From Lachnospiraceae bacterium (GTDB taxonomy: Bacteria > Bacillota > Clostridia > Lachnospirales > Lachnospiraceae), in NCBI GenBank assembly GCA_017935565.1, contig JAGBHK010000021.1, positions 39,681 through 103,680 of the forward strand: 64,000 nucleotides of DNA, in the 5' to 3' direction. The notes below the pieces were generated by a model. That model was not told the DNA's origin. It saw nothing but the letters and a program-made list of their open reading frames with translations, and ran no database searches. Of this stretch, positions 37,480 through 47,425 are shown one piece after another. Both the position numbers and the translations under genes were made by a program. Every line of letters starts with the position of its first letter. Positions within the stretch are counted from its first letter, which is position 1.

Positions 37480-38409
37480 TTATTCTTGTGTAAATAACGC
37501 ATTAACAAATTGTTCTGAATTAAACTTCTCCAAATCGTCAATCTGCTCGCCTACACAAATATATTTAACTGGTATAGAAAGCTCTGACTGAATAGCAACT
37601 GCAATACCACCCTTGGCTGTACCATCAAGTTTTGTAAGCACGATACCAGTAATGTTTGCAGCATTCATAAACTCTCTAGCCTGCACTAGCGCATTCTGCC
37701 CAGTTGTTCCATCAAGAACAATAAGTGTTTCCCTATACACATTAGGATATTCCTTTTCGAGGATTCTGTCAATCTTCTTTAACTCTTCCATGAGATTTTT
37801 TTTGTTATGAAGACGACCTGCTGTATCAATAATGAGCACATCTGCATTTCTTGCTTTCGCAGCACCTACCGCATCGTAGATAACTGCACCTGGGTCGCCA
37901 CCTTCATTTCCTGAAATAATGTCAACACCTGCTCTGTTAGCCCATTCTTCAAGCTGTTTTATAGCACCTGCTCTAAATGTATCGGCAGCAGCTAATACAA
38001 CCTTCTTACCCTGTGCTTTAAGATTACCAGCAAGTTTACCAATGGATGTAGTCTTACCAACACCATTTACACCGATAACAAGGATAACGCTTTTCTGATT
38101 TTCAAATTCGTAAGCATTTTCACCTATATCCATCTGCTCTTTAATGGTGTTAATAAGGAGTTCCTTACATTCCTCAGGTTCCTTTATTTTATTTTCTTTT
38201 ACTTTTTCTTTGAGGCCTTCAATGATTTTTTCAGTAGTAACAACACCGATATCACCCATTATAAGAATCTCTTCAAGTTCCTCATAAAAGTCATCATCAA
38301 TCTTGCTAAAGCCCTTGAAAATACTATCAATACCGGATACGATATTGCTTCTGGTTTTTGAAAGACCTGAAATTAATTTGGCAAAAAAGCCTTTCTTTTC
38401 TTCTGACAT
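37480..38409 (-). CDS. ftsY: Signal recognition particle receptor FtsY
   Basis: 309 aa. GVNGVGKTT, DTAGR, TKLDGT. Confidence 0.95.
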   Translation of the reverse strand: MSEEKKGFFAKLISGLSKTRSNIVSGIDSIFKGFSKIDDDFYEELEEILIMGDIGVVTTEKIIEGLKEKVKENKIKEPEECKELLINTIKEQMDIGENAYEFENQKSVILVIGVNGVGKTTSIGKLAGNLKAQGKKVVLAAADTFRAGAIKQLEEWANRAGVDIISGNEGGDPGAVIYDAVGAAKARNADVLIIDTAGRLHNKKNLMEELKKIDRILEKEYPNVYRETLIVLDGTTGQNALVQAREFMNAANITGIVLTKLDGTAKGGIAVAIQSELSIPVKYICVGEQIDDLEKFNSEQFVNALFTQE

Positions 38410-38426
38410 ATTATCACTCCAATCCC

Positions 38427-41400
38427 TTATGAAAAATTCTTCTCATCAATCAAATTAACTGAAACCAATGTAGATACACCCTTCTCCTGCATTGTAATAC
38501 CATACAGTCTGTCTGACGCATTCATTGTACCTCTTCTATGTGTGATTACAATGAACTGTGTATGGTCAGTAAGTTTGTGTAAGTATTCTGCAAATCTTAC
38601 AACGTTCGAGTCGTCAAGCGCTGCCTCGATTTCATCAAGAAGACAGAATGGTGATGGTTTCAAGTTCTGAATAGCAAATAACAACGCAATGGCTGTCAAT
38701 GCCTTTTCACCACCTGATAACTGCATCATGTTCTGTAATTTCTTTCCTGGTGGCTGTGAAATAATATTGATTCCAGCCTCAAGGATATCTTCATCGTCAT
38801 TTAATTCAATTGTACCCTGGCCACCGCCAAATAATTCCTTAAATACTTTGTCGAACTCAACCTTAATTTCAGCAAATTTTTCTGTGAACTGTTTCTTCAT
38901 GCCGTCATCAAGTTCTTCAATAATCTTAAGAAGTGAATTTTCAGCAGTAATAAGGTCATCATGCTGAGTCTTTAAGAATTCATATCTTTCAGATACTTCC
39001 TTATACTCTTCGATGGCATTTACATTAACTGAACCTAAATTCTTAATCTGCGACTTCAAACTACTGATGTTCTTTCTAAGATTAGCAGTGCTGTCACCTA
39101 ATTCTTCATTCTTAAGTTCAAGAGCTGTACCATATGTAAGCTCATATTCTTCCCACATATAGTTAACAAACTTCTCGTTTGATTCTTCTAATTTTTCCTT
39201 TTGATTTGACAATCTGTAAATTTCTTTATCAAGATTTGAAATCAAATCGGTGATTTCTTCACGTTTAGCAAAGAATTCTTTGTGCTCTTTACTCTGTGAA
39301 TCCTTATCCTTAGATAATTCATCAATCTTAGTTTTAAGCACGTCTGCCTCTGAAACTGCCGCTTCAATAGTTTTATTTATCGCTTCAATATTTGCATACT
39401 TCTCATCTGCCTGGCCTGCTGCGATTTTTCTATTTTCATTGATACTTTCAATTTCTTCATTAAGTTTTGAAATTTCAGCATCAATTCTATCAATATTATC
39501 ATTGATAAATGTCTTTTTCTGATTAAGGTTAGAAAGATTAATTCTTAATTCCTCGTTATCCTTCATCATATTAGACTCTTGCTCTTTAGCCGCCTCAATC
39601 TTACCATTTAATTCAATAATCTCATTTTCAATAAGTTTATTTCTTTCATCAAATGTATCAAGTTCAGTCTTTAATGCTTCATAATTTGCGTTGATATCAA
39701 CAATCTGAGCACCAATCTCATCCTTTTCTCTGTTGAAATCATCAAATATATTTGAAAGTTCATTTTTCTTTTCATCTGCAGTATTAAGGTTCATCTTAAC
39801 AGTATTCTGTACAAGGAACTGTTCATTTAATGTAATCTTAATCTGTTCGAGTTCTTCATTATAAACCTTCTTAAGTTCTGCATTCTTCGCAATCTGCTTA
39901 TCTGTGTCAGACATTTTAACTTTAAGTTCTTCAATAAGTTTCTCAAGTTCCTGCAATTCTCTTCTTCTACCAAGAAGATTGCTATTATTCTTGAACGCAC
40001 CACCGGACATTGAACCGCCTGCATTAAGAAGTTCACCTTCAAGTGTAACTATACGAAGTGTATAGTTATATTTTCTCGCAAGGCTCAATGCATTATCAAT
40101 AGTATCAGCAACAACTATTCTACCAAGAAGGAATTTGCTGATATTTTCATATTCTTTCTTAATAGTTACAAGGTCACTTGCAAGACCGATAACACCTTTT
40201 TCTTCGAATACTCGGTCATTTGTAAAGCCTGTTTTATTGGCAATGCTGCTAAGTGGAAGGAATGTTGCTCGTCCATATTTACCCTGTTTTAAGAATTCAA
40301 TAGCTTCTTTTGCTGTGATTTCATTGTCTGTAACAACATTTTGAATATTACCACCAAGCGCTGTTTCAATGGCAACTTCATACTTCTTGTCAACCTTGAT
40401 AATATCAGCAACAACACCGATAATACCTTTTTTAGTTTCCTTAAGTTCCATTATTTTCTTGATACTATTGCCGTAACCTTCGTATCTTTCAGTAATGTTC
40501 TTTAAAGTCTCAAGTTGTGATACCGCCTGATTGTACTGTCTGTCATAAGCGTTCTTATTCTTGAACAATTCATCAGTACTTCTCTTTATTTCATTAAGTT
40601 TGTCTTCTGCTGCATTTTGTTCATCAGTGATTTCAATGATTTTAGCGTTTACTTCCTTTAATTCTTCTGTAAGTTCATTGATAATCTCTTCCTGTCTTGT
40701 CGCATCACTCTTTGATTTAACAAGTTTTTGATTAAGTTCTGCTTTTCTTAAATTTATCTGCTCAAGCATAGTATCGTAACGCTGGATTTTAGCTGATACG
40801 CCTGCTTTTTCATTTAAGAGGTTAATGATATCGTTTTTCTTACCTTCAACCTGTTCAGATAAATCTTCCACTTCCTTAGTGTATACTGCAACCTTGCTGT
40901 CTGCATCAGCCTTGAGGCTTTCAGCATTTTTTGACATATCTTTTAACTGTTCTTTTTCTTCAAGATATGCTTTCTTTTCAGTATTTTTGCTATTTATTTC
41001 TTCATTAATGGCATCAATACGATTTTTGTAATGTGTATCATTAATCTTATCTGAATTTATCTGCTCATTTAATACTTTAACTTCACCTTCAAGCTTTTCC
41101 TTAGTTAAATTCACTTCATTTAACTTATTCTTCATTTCTTCAAGGTTATTGTCAAGGTCTTCAATGAATTTATCAAGTTCATCATATTTATTCTTAATTT
41201 CTTCTAAAGCTTCTTTACTTTCTTCGAAATCATTTTGTGCAATTGCGTATTTATCATCAACTTCAGCAAGTTGTTTTCTAATTGCACCAATTTCAAGAAG
41301 GAATAAATTAATATCATATGACTTTAATTCTTCTTTTAATTTAAGATATGTTCTTGCAGTTTCAGACTGTCTTGACAATGGTCCAACCTGCTTTTCAAGT

Positions 41401-41990
41401 TCACTTAAAATATCAGATACACGAGTTAAATTCTGTCTCTGATTCTCAAGTTTCTTGATGGCTTCAAGTTTTCTTCTCTTAAACTTTACAATACCTGCAG
41501 CTTCATCGAAAAGTTCTCTCTTTTCTTCAGGCTTACCGCTAAGGATTTTATCAATCTGACCCTGTCCGATAATAGAATAACCTTCCTTACCGATACCTGT
41601 GTCATAGAACAGTTCATGAACATCCTTAAGACGGCAAATAGCACCATTTATCAAATATTCACTTTCACCTGAACGATACAATCTTCTAGCCACAGTAACT
41701 TCGTCAAAATCAACTGCAAGCTGCTTGTCTGAATTATCCAATGTTATCGCAACATATGCAAAACCAAGTGGCTTTCTGTTCTGTGTTCCGGCAAAGATAA
41801 CATCTTCCATCTTTCCACCACGGAGCTGTTTAATTCTCTGTTCACCAAGAACCCATCTAACTGCGTCCGCAACATTACTCTTACCACTACCATTTGGTCC
41901 AACAATACCTGTAATACCATTGTGAAACTCAAACTTTATTTTATTTGCAAAGGATTTAAATCCTTGAACCTCTATACTTTTTAAATACAT
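38427..41990 (-). CDS. smc: Chromosome segregation protein SMC
   Basis: 1187 aa. N-terminal GPNGSGKSN, long coiled coils, a hinge, and C-terminal LSGGEKALTA and LLDEIEAALD. Confidence 0.95.
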   Translation of the reverse strand: MYLKSIEVQGFKSFANKIKFEFHNGITGIVGPNGSGKSNVADAVRWVLGEQRIKQLRGGKMEDVIFAGTQNRKPLGFAYVAITLDNSDKQLAVDFDEVTVARRLYRSGESEYLINGAICRLKDVHELFYDTGIGKEGYSIIGQGQIDKILSGKPEEKRELFDEAAGIVKFKRRKLEAIKKLENQRQNLTRVSDILSELEKQVGPLSRQSETARTYLKLKEELKSYDINLFLLEIGAIRKQLAEVDDKYAIAQNDFEESKEALEEIKNKYDELDKFIEDLDNNLEEMKNKLNEVNLTKEKLEGEVKVLNEQINSDKINDTHYKNRIDAINEEINSKNTEKKAYLEEKEQLKDMSKNAESLKADADSKVAVYTKEVEDLSEQVEGKKNDIINLLNEKAGVSAKIQRYDTMLEQINLRKAELNQKLVKSKSDATRQEEIINELTEELKEVNAKIIEITDEQNAAEDKLNEIKRSTDELFKNKNAYDRQYNQAVSQLETLKNITERYEGYGNSIKKIMELKETKKGIIGVVADIIKVDKKYEVAIETALGGNIQNVVTDNEITAKEAIEFLKQGKYGRATFLPLSSIANKTGFTNDRVFEEKGVIGLASDLVTIKKEYENISKFLLGRIVVADTIDNALSLARKYNYTLRIVTLEGELLNAGGSMSGGAFKNNSNLLGRRRELQELEKLIEELKVKMSDTDKQIAKNAELKKVYNEELEQIKITLNEQFLVQNTVKMNLNTADEKKNELSNIFDDFNREKDEIGAQIVDINANYEALKTELDTFDERNKLIENEIIELNGKIEAAKEQESNMMKDNEELRINLSNLNQKKTFINDNIDRIDAEISKLNEEIESINENRKIAAGQADEKYANIEAINKTIEAAVSEADVLKTKIDELSKDKDSQSKEHKEFFAKREEITDLISNLDKEIYRLSNQKEKLEESNEKFVNYMWEEYELTYGTALELKNEELGDSTANLRKNISSLKSQIKNLGSVNVNAIEEYKEVSERYEFLKTQHDDLITAENSLLKIIEELDDGMKKQFTEKFAEIKVEFDKVFKELFGGGQGTIELNDDEDILEAGINIISQPPGKKLQNMMQLSGGEKALTAIALLFAIQNLKPSPFCLLDEIEAALDDSNVVRFAEYLHKLTDHTQFIVITHRRGTMNASDRLYGITMQEKGVSTLVSVNLIDEKNFS

Positions 41991-42677
41991 TTATTTACCT
42001 GCCTTCAAGTTTAATATAGCCTCATACGCTGCCATTTGTTCAGCTCTTTTCTTTGTTCTTCCCTTGCCATGACCTAAAACATCATTACCAATTCTTACCT
42101 CTACAACAAAGGTTTTGTCATGGTCAGGTCCATACGAATCTAGCAAAACATACTCCGCAGTACAGTTATGCTTCTTTTGAACCATTTCCTGTAAAATTGT
42201 CTTACTATCATAAAACAATTGCTTATTTTCTATATCATTAAGTACATATTTTAACACAAATTCTTTCGCAAATGCAAATCCACCGTCTAAATAAATTGCA
42301 CCGATAAGCGCTTCCATTGCATCAGAAATAATAGAATCCCTGTCATTTCCACCTGTAATGTATTCACCCTTGCCAAGGAGCATATACCTACCAATATTTA
42401 TACCTCTGGCACACTCTGCCAATGTAGGCTCACAAACTAAGCTTGCTCTTATTTTTGTGAGTTCTCCTTCAGGCTTATCCTTATATTCATTAAACAAAAA
42501 TTCGCTGGACATAAGTTCTAATACAGCGTCGCCTAAAAACTCAAGACGTTCGTTGTTAGTGTTTACATCCTTCGTGGTTGAATTATATGAACTATGCATC
42601 AATGCAAGTCTTAAAAGATTTTTGTCTTTAAATATGTAACCTATATTCTTTTCAAATTCCTGTAATTTATTATCCAA
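41991..42677 (-). CDS. rnc: Ribonuclease III
   Basis: 228 aa. NERLEFLGDAVLEL signature and a C-terminal dsRBD. Confidence 0.95.
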   Translation of the reverse strand: MDNKLQEFEKNIGYIFKDKNLLRLALMHSSYNSTTKDVNTNNERLEFLGDAVLELMSSEFLFNEYKDKPEGELTKIRASLVCEPTLAECARGINIGRYMLLGKGEYITGGNDRDSIISDAMEALIGAIYLDGGFAFAKEFVLKYVLNDIENKQLFYDSKTILQEMVQKKHNCTAEYVLLDSYGPDHDKTFVVEVRIGNDVLGHGKGRTKKRAEQMAAYEAILNLKAGK

Positions 42678-42696
42678 AATACTAACCTCTTCTTAA

Positions 42697-42735
42697 AAAG
42701 AAATAAACGAGTAGGAGGCATAATCCTCCTACTCG
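42697..42735 (-). terminator. Terminator downstream of acpP
   Basis: 11-bp stem cgagtaggagg (42708-18)/cctcctactcg (42725-35) followed on the minus strand by TTTATTTCTTTT. Confidence 0.7.
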
Positions 42736-42765
42736 GTTAAATTTACTAAATAAATTTTATCTGAA

Positions 42766-42999
42766 TTAGTTGTTCATTACGCCTTTAATTGCTTCAACAG
42801 CATCAGCAACTGTTGTGATTGTTTCAGCTGATTCAGCTGGGATTTCAATATCAAATTCTTCTTCGATACCCATAACAATCTGGTAAATATCAAGAGAGTC
42901 AGCTCCTAAATCATCTGTGAATGTTGAATCCATTGTAACTTCATCTGCATCAACATTTAAAACCTCTGCAATTATTCCTTGTAACTTTTCAAATTCCAT
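42766..42999 (-). CDS. acpP: Acyl carrier protein
   Basis: 77 aa. The DLGADSLD phosphopantetheine attachment motif. Confidence 0.95.
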   Translation of the reverse strand: MEFEKLQGIIAEVLNVDADEVTMDSTFTDDLGADSLDIYQIVMGIEEEFDIEIPAESAETITTVADAVEAIKGVMNN

Positions 43000-43042
43000 T
43001 TCAAATACTTCCTTTCGATAATAAAAATGTTTTTTTGGGGAA

Positions 43043-44053
43043 TTAACCTTCGTTTATAAGATTTTCTCTAATCTTATCATTGATCTTATGTTCAGTAAAT
43101 TCCACACATTGAATTATTGAATTCGCAACTTCTAATGAAGTTGAATTACCATGTGCCTTAACAACCAATCCGTTAAGTCCGAGCATAGGTGCTCCACCAT
43201 GGTCTTCTGTAGAAAACTTTTTCATAGTTTCCTTTAATGCTGGTTTAATAAGTAATGCACCCATCTTGGATCTGAAAGAAGACATAAGACCCTTCTTAAT
43301 CTCCTTAACAAGTGTACTACCAACACCTTCATATAATTTAAGTATAACATTACCAACGAATGCTTCACTTACAATTACATCTGCGTATCCGCTTGGAATC
43401 TCTCTGGCTTCGATACTTCCTATAAAGTTAATGTCTGTACATTCTTTAAGAAGTGGGAATGTTTCTTTAACTAAAGCATTACCCTTTTCTTCCTCGGCAC
43501 CATTATTAACAATGGCAACTCTAGGATTCTTAATACCAACGATGTTTTCCATATATATTGAACCCAACTTAGCAAACTGTACTAAATGTGATGGTCTGGC
43601 ATCAACATTTGCTCCACAGTCAATAAGTAAGGATACGCCCTTTGCTGTAGGGAGTAATGGAGCGAGTGGCGCTCTTTCAATACCTCTGATTCTTCCAATT
43701 ATAACCTGACCGCCTACTAAAACTGCACCAGTGCTACCACATGATACAAATGCGTCCGCTTCACCATTTTTAACAAGGTTCATAGCAACAACAATTTAAG
43801 AATCTTTCTTTTTTCTAATGGCATTTACAGGAGGTTCCTCTGTAGCAATAACCTCTGTAGCATTTACTACCTGAATCTGTTCTTTATTATACTGGTATTT
43901 TTCTAATTCTTTATTAACTTCTGCTTCAATACCAACTAATTTAACAATAACATTAGGTTCTCTCTTTGTAGCCTCAACCGCACCCTTAACCATCTCAACA
44001 GGAGCATTATCTCCGCCCATGGCATCAAGTGCTACTATAGTCTTTTCACTCAT
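43043..44053 (-). pseudogene. plsX: Phosphate acyltransferase PlsX, interrupted by an in-frame TAA
   Basis: ORF 43796..44068 (MSEKTIVALDAMGGDNAP...NAIRKKKDS*) and ORF 43043..43783 are in the same frame. They read ...AIRKKKDS-TAA-IVVAMNLVKNGEADAFVSCGSTGA, which aligns with B. subtilis AVRRKKNSSMVLMAQEV...ISAGNTGA. The stop codon is at 43796-43798. The start ATG at 44053 has GGAGG upstream. Confidence 0.85.
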
Positions 44054-44142
44054 ATGTATATCCTCCATATGTCATCAATATTTAATATTATGACACCCAA
44101 TGAATACTATACATAAAATACGAGCAAAAATCAACTATAAAA

Positions 44143-44172
44143 TAAAAAAATCGAGTAGGAATTCCTACCCGA
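44143..44172 (-). terminator. Terminator downstream of rpmF
   Basis: tcgagtaggaattcctacccga palindrome (44151-44172) followed on the minus strand by an 8-T tract. Confidence 0.7.
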
Positions 44173-44182
44173 TTTTTTATAA

Positions 44183-44365
44183 TTATTCACCAACTGAAAT
44201 TATTTCTTTCTTATTGTATGAACCGCAAGCCTTGCATACTCTGTGAGGCATCATTAATTCGCCACACTTGCTGCACTTTACGAGATTAGCAGCTGACATT
44301 TTCCAGTTAGCTCTTCTCTTATCTCTTCTTGCTTTTGAAGTTTTATTCTTTGGACAAATAGACAT
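44183..44365 (-). CDS. rpmF: 50S ribosomal protein L32
   Basis: 60 aa. Cys4 zinc-ribbon type (CSKCGELMMPHRVCKACG). Confidence 0.95.
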   Translation of the reverse strand: MSICPKNKTSKARRDKRRANWKMSAANLVKCSKCGELMMPHRVCKACGSYNKKEIISVGE

Positions 44366-44368
44366 GGT

Positions 44369-44887
44369 TTACACCTCCTTAAAGCTATTAAAGACCTCTA
44401 AAGCTTTCGCCATTCGTGGGTCTAATTCTGTGGTATCACAACCACATTCACCATGGTTGAGATTCGTGCCACATCTATTACAAAAACCTTTGCAATCTTC
44501 GTTGCAAACAGTTTTCATAGGTAAATTCACTAAAATCTCACCGTAAACAAACTTTTCTACATCAAAGGACGTACCTGAAAGATATTCTTCTTTCTCATCA
44601 TCCGGAACATTCTTCTCATCCAAGTCTGTTTCCTTTGAAGTTTTAATATTTAATTGAACTTCGACTTCCTCTAAACATCTGTCGCATGGAATCATCAAAA
44701 CTAATTTCATATCGCTTTCTATAAGAATTTTTTTCTTCCCAAGACCTTTAAATACAAGTTCTATAGGCTCTCTCATAGAAACTGGATATTTAGCAAAACT
44801 AGTCTCAAATTCTTTCATCTCCAGCTGATAAGATAGTCTTTTTTCTTTATCCTCATGGGATAAAAGTTCCGATAAGTCAATGAGCAT
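44369..44887 (-). CDS. yceD: YceD family (DUF177) protein
   Basis: 172 aa. C-terminal CxxDCKGFCxxCGxNLNxGxCxC motif. Lies directly upstream of rpmF. Confidence 0.9.
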   Translation of the reverse strand: MLIDLSELLSHEDKEKRLSYQLEMKEFETSFAKYPVSMREPIELVFKGLGKKKILIESDMKLVLMIPCDRCLEEVEVQLNIKTSKETDLDEKNVPDDEKEEYLSGTSFDVEKFVYGEILVNLPMKTVCNEDCKGFCNRCGTNLNHGECGCDTTELDPRMAKALEVFNSFKEV

Positions 44888-44916
44888 AGTACTCCTTTCC
44901 TAATCGCACTTTTACG

Positions 44917-44945
44917 ATTATACATACAGTTGCAAGATTTGTCAA
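44917..44945 (-). promoter_or_regulatory. Consensus sigma-A promoter of the yceD-rpmF(-plsX) operon
   Basis: Minus strand: TTGACA (44945-44940), 17-nt spacer, TATAAT (44922-44917). Both hexamers are perfect. Confidence 0.7.
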
Positions 44946-45010
44946 TAATTTTTTTAATTATTTTTTATTGTTAGTATAAGATTTTTATTTATCTAAAACA
45001 TAATAAAAAA

Positions 45011-46201
45011 CTACTTAACCAATTCCAATGTATCTCTTGCTATTACTAATTCTTCATTTGTTGGTACTACCATAACTTTTACTTTTGAAGAATCTGTTGA
45101 AAGCATCTTTAAATCGCCTTTAACATTATTTGCTTCCTTGTCGTATTCAACGCCTAAATATGTAAGATAATCAAGTACCCATTCTCTAACGAGTCCGTCG
45201 TTTTCACCAACACCTGCTGTAAATGCAATTGCATCAACACCATTCATTGCAGCTGCATATGAACCAACGAATTTAGCAACTCTGTAACAGAATACTTCTA
45301 AAGCAAGTTTTGCTCTAGGATTTCCATTTTTCATTGCCTGATTTAAATCTCTAAAGTCGCTTGAAACACCTGATAAACCTTCAACACCTGACTTCTTATT
45401 AAGAAGAGTCATAACGCCATCAAGGTCAAGGCCTTTCTTCTTTGCAATAAATTCGATAGCGGCTGGATCAATATCACCACATCTTGTACCCATTACAAGA
45501 CCTTCAAGTGGAGTAAGACCCATTGTTGTATCTACTGACTTGCCATTTAATACAGCTGAAATACTTGAACCATTTCCAAGGTGACATACGATAATCTTTG
45601 AATTATTAATATCAAGGCCTGCAAACTTAGCAGCTTCCTTTGAAACAAATGAATGAGATGTTCCGTGGAAACCATATTTTCTAACCTTGTAATCTGTATA
45701 GCAATCATATGGAATACCATACATATATGCCTTTTCTGGCATTGTCTGATGGAATGCTGTATCAAATACTGCTACCATTGGTACATTAGGCATCAATGCC
45801 TTACATGCTTCAATACCGATAAGGTTTGCTGGATTGTGAAGAGGTGCAAGGTCAGAACATTCTCTGATACCTTCGATAACTTCATCTGTAATAATTGTTG
45901 AAGCAGCAAACTTTTCACCACCGTGAACGATTCTGTGTCCTACAGCGCCTACTTCGCTTAATGATTTAATAACACCTGTTTTTTCATTTACAAATGCATC
46001 AAGTACAGATTTAACAGCAACTGTATGGTCTGGCATATCAATTTCTGTCATTTCTTTCTGTCCACCTGCTGGTGTATATACTAATCTACCGTCGATACCA
46101 ATTCTTTCGCAAAGACCCTTTGCTAAAACGTCCTCTGAAACAGAATCGATTAACTGATATTTAAGTGATGAACTACCACAATTAATAACTAAAATATTCA
46201 T
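45011..46201 (-). CDS. ackA: Acetate kinase
   Basis: 396 aa. MNILVINCGSSSLKYQL N-terminus, HRIVHGG, HLGNGSS. Confidence 0.95.
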   Translation of the reverse strand: MNILVINCGSSSLKYQLIDSVSEDVLAKGLCERIGIDGRLVYTPAGGQKEMTEIDMPDHTVAVKSVLDAFVNEKTGVIKSLSEVGAVGHRIVHGGEKFAASTIITDEVIEGIRECSDLAPLHNPANLIGIEACKALMPNVPMVAVFDTAFHQTMPEKAYMYGIPYDCYTDYKVRKYGFHGTSHSFVSKEAAKFAGLDINNSKIIVCHLGNGSSISAVLNGKSVDTTMGLTPLEGLVMGTRCGDIDPAAIEFIAKKKGLDLDGVMTLLNKKSGVEGLSGVSSDFRDLNQAMKNGNPRAKLALEVFCYRVAKFVGSYAAAMNGVDAIAFTAGVGENDGLVREWVLDYLTYLGVEYDKEANNVKGDLKMLSTDSSKVKVMVVPTNEELVIARDTLELVK

Positions 46202-46222
46202 AATAAAATTTCCTTTCTTATC

Positions 46223-47218
46223 TTACTGTGCCTGAGCCTGAACAGCTGTAATAGCAACAACACCAACGATATCCTTTGCAGAACATCCTCTAGATAAATC
46301 GTTGATTGGTTTTGCAATACCCTGTGTTACAGGACCGTAAGCTTCTGCTTTTGCAAGTCTTTGAACAAGTTTGTAGCCAATGTTACCTGCATCAAGGTCT
46401 GGGAAAATAAGTACATTTGCATGACCTGCAACCTTGCTGCCTGGAGCCTTTGATTCACCAATTTCCGGAACGATAGCTGCATCTAACTGTAATTCACCAT
46501 CAAGCTGTAATTCTGGATATTCAGCCTTAGCGATTTTAACAGCTTCTACAACCTTATCAACGTCAGCGTGCTTTGCACTACCCATTGATGAATGTGATAA
46601 CATAGCAACCTTTGCTTCCTTACCAACTAATAATTCAAAACTTTCAGCTGATGATTTTGCAATTGCTGCAAGTTCTTCAGAATTTGGATTCTGAACAAGT
46701 CCACTATCACCAAAAATGAATGTACCGTTCTCACCATATTCACAATTTGGAACAACTTCAACAAAGAATGCCGAAACAAGCTTTGTACCTGGTTTTGTCT
46801 TAATAATCTGTAATGCAGGCTTCAATGTGTTTGCAGTTGAGTGACATGCACCTGAAACAACACCATCTGCATCGCCAGCCTTAACCATAATACACGCATA
46901 GTACATATATTCATTCAAAAGGAGCTTTTCTGCTTCTTCTCTTGTCATACCTTTGCTTTTTCTAAGTTCAACTAAAAGGTCAATGTATTCTGCTGTCTTT
47001 TCATATGTAGCAGGATTAATAAATGTAGCACCACTTACATCAAAGCCTTCTGAATTAGCCTTAATCTCCTCGTCATTACCAATAATAACAACGTTAGCGA
47101 TACCTTCCTTTAAAATTTCTTCTGCAGCTTCAAAGATTCTCTTATCCATAGACTCTGGTAAAATAATAGTCTTTTTGTCTGCTCTTGCTCTTTCCTTGAT
47201 CTCGTCAATAAATGCCAT
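46223..47218 (-). CDS. pta: Phosphate acetyltransferase
   Basis: Start taken at MAFIDEIKERA (AAGGAG upstream). 331 aa. PTA_PTB-family C-terminus (DLSRGCS). pta-ackA pair. Confidence 0.95.
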   Translation of the reverse strand: MAFIDEIKERARADKKTIILPESMDKRIFEAAEEILKEGIANVVIIGNDEEIKANSEGFDVSGATFINPATYEKTAEYIDLLVELRKSKGMTREEAEKLLLNEYMYYACIMVKAGDADGVVSGACHSTANTLKPALQIIKTKPGTKLVSAFFVEVVPNCEYGENGTFIFGDSGLVQNPNSEELAAIAKSSAESFELLVGKEAKVAMLSHSSMGSAKHADVDKVVEAVKIAKAEYPELQLDGELQLDAAIVPEIGESKAPGSKVAGHANVLIFPDLDAGNIGYKLVQRLAKAEAYGPVTQGIAKPINDLSRGCSAKDIVGVVAITAVQAQAQ

Positions 47219-47266
47219 GACATTATCTCCTTTCGTAATTAAGCGGAATTTTATCCATATAGTATC

Positions 47267-47295
47267 ATTATAAATCAAATGAATTTTGTATACAA
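47267..47295 (-). promoter_or_regulatory. Putative sigma-A promoter of pta-ackA
   Basis: Minus strand: TTGTAT (47295-47290), 17-nt spacer, TATAAT (47272-47267). Confidence 0.55.
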
Positions 47296-47337
47296 GGGCA
47301 ATTTTGCCAAAATCTTGTATTTATTTCGATACAAAAA

Positions 47338-47419
47338 AGAATTTCGCTTGCGAAATTCTCGCGCCGAGCGCGGTCGCATTTGCGACATATTTCCATTCGC
47401 GCGAGTGCGCATCCTCGCG
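47338..47419. repeat. String of four back-to-back GC-rich mini-hairpins (REP/BIME-like block)
   Basis: Hairpins at 47338-59 (agaatttcgc/gcgaaattct), 47360-72 (cgcgc/gcgcg), 47373-86 (gtcgca/tgcgac) and 47400-19 (cgcgag/ctcgcg). Locally far more GC-rich than the surrounding sequence. Confidence 0.5.
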
Positions 47420-47425
47420 GAGCAT

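Noticed and set aside
42708-44172. The acpP and rpmF terminators share the core CGAGTAGGA...TCCTAC[TC]CG (42708-42735 and 44151-44172).
   Set aside because: The shared word is only about 9-10 nt inside otherwise different hairpins. This could reflect related terminators, but chance or convergence cannot be excluded without a genome-wide count, so it was not promoted to a finding.
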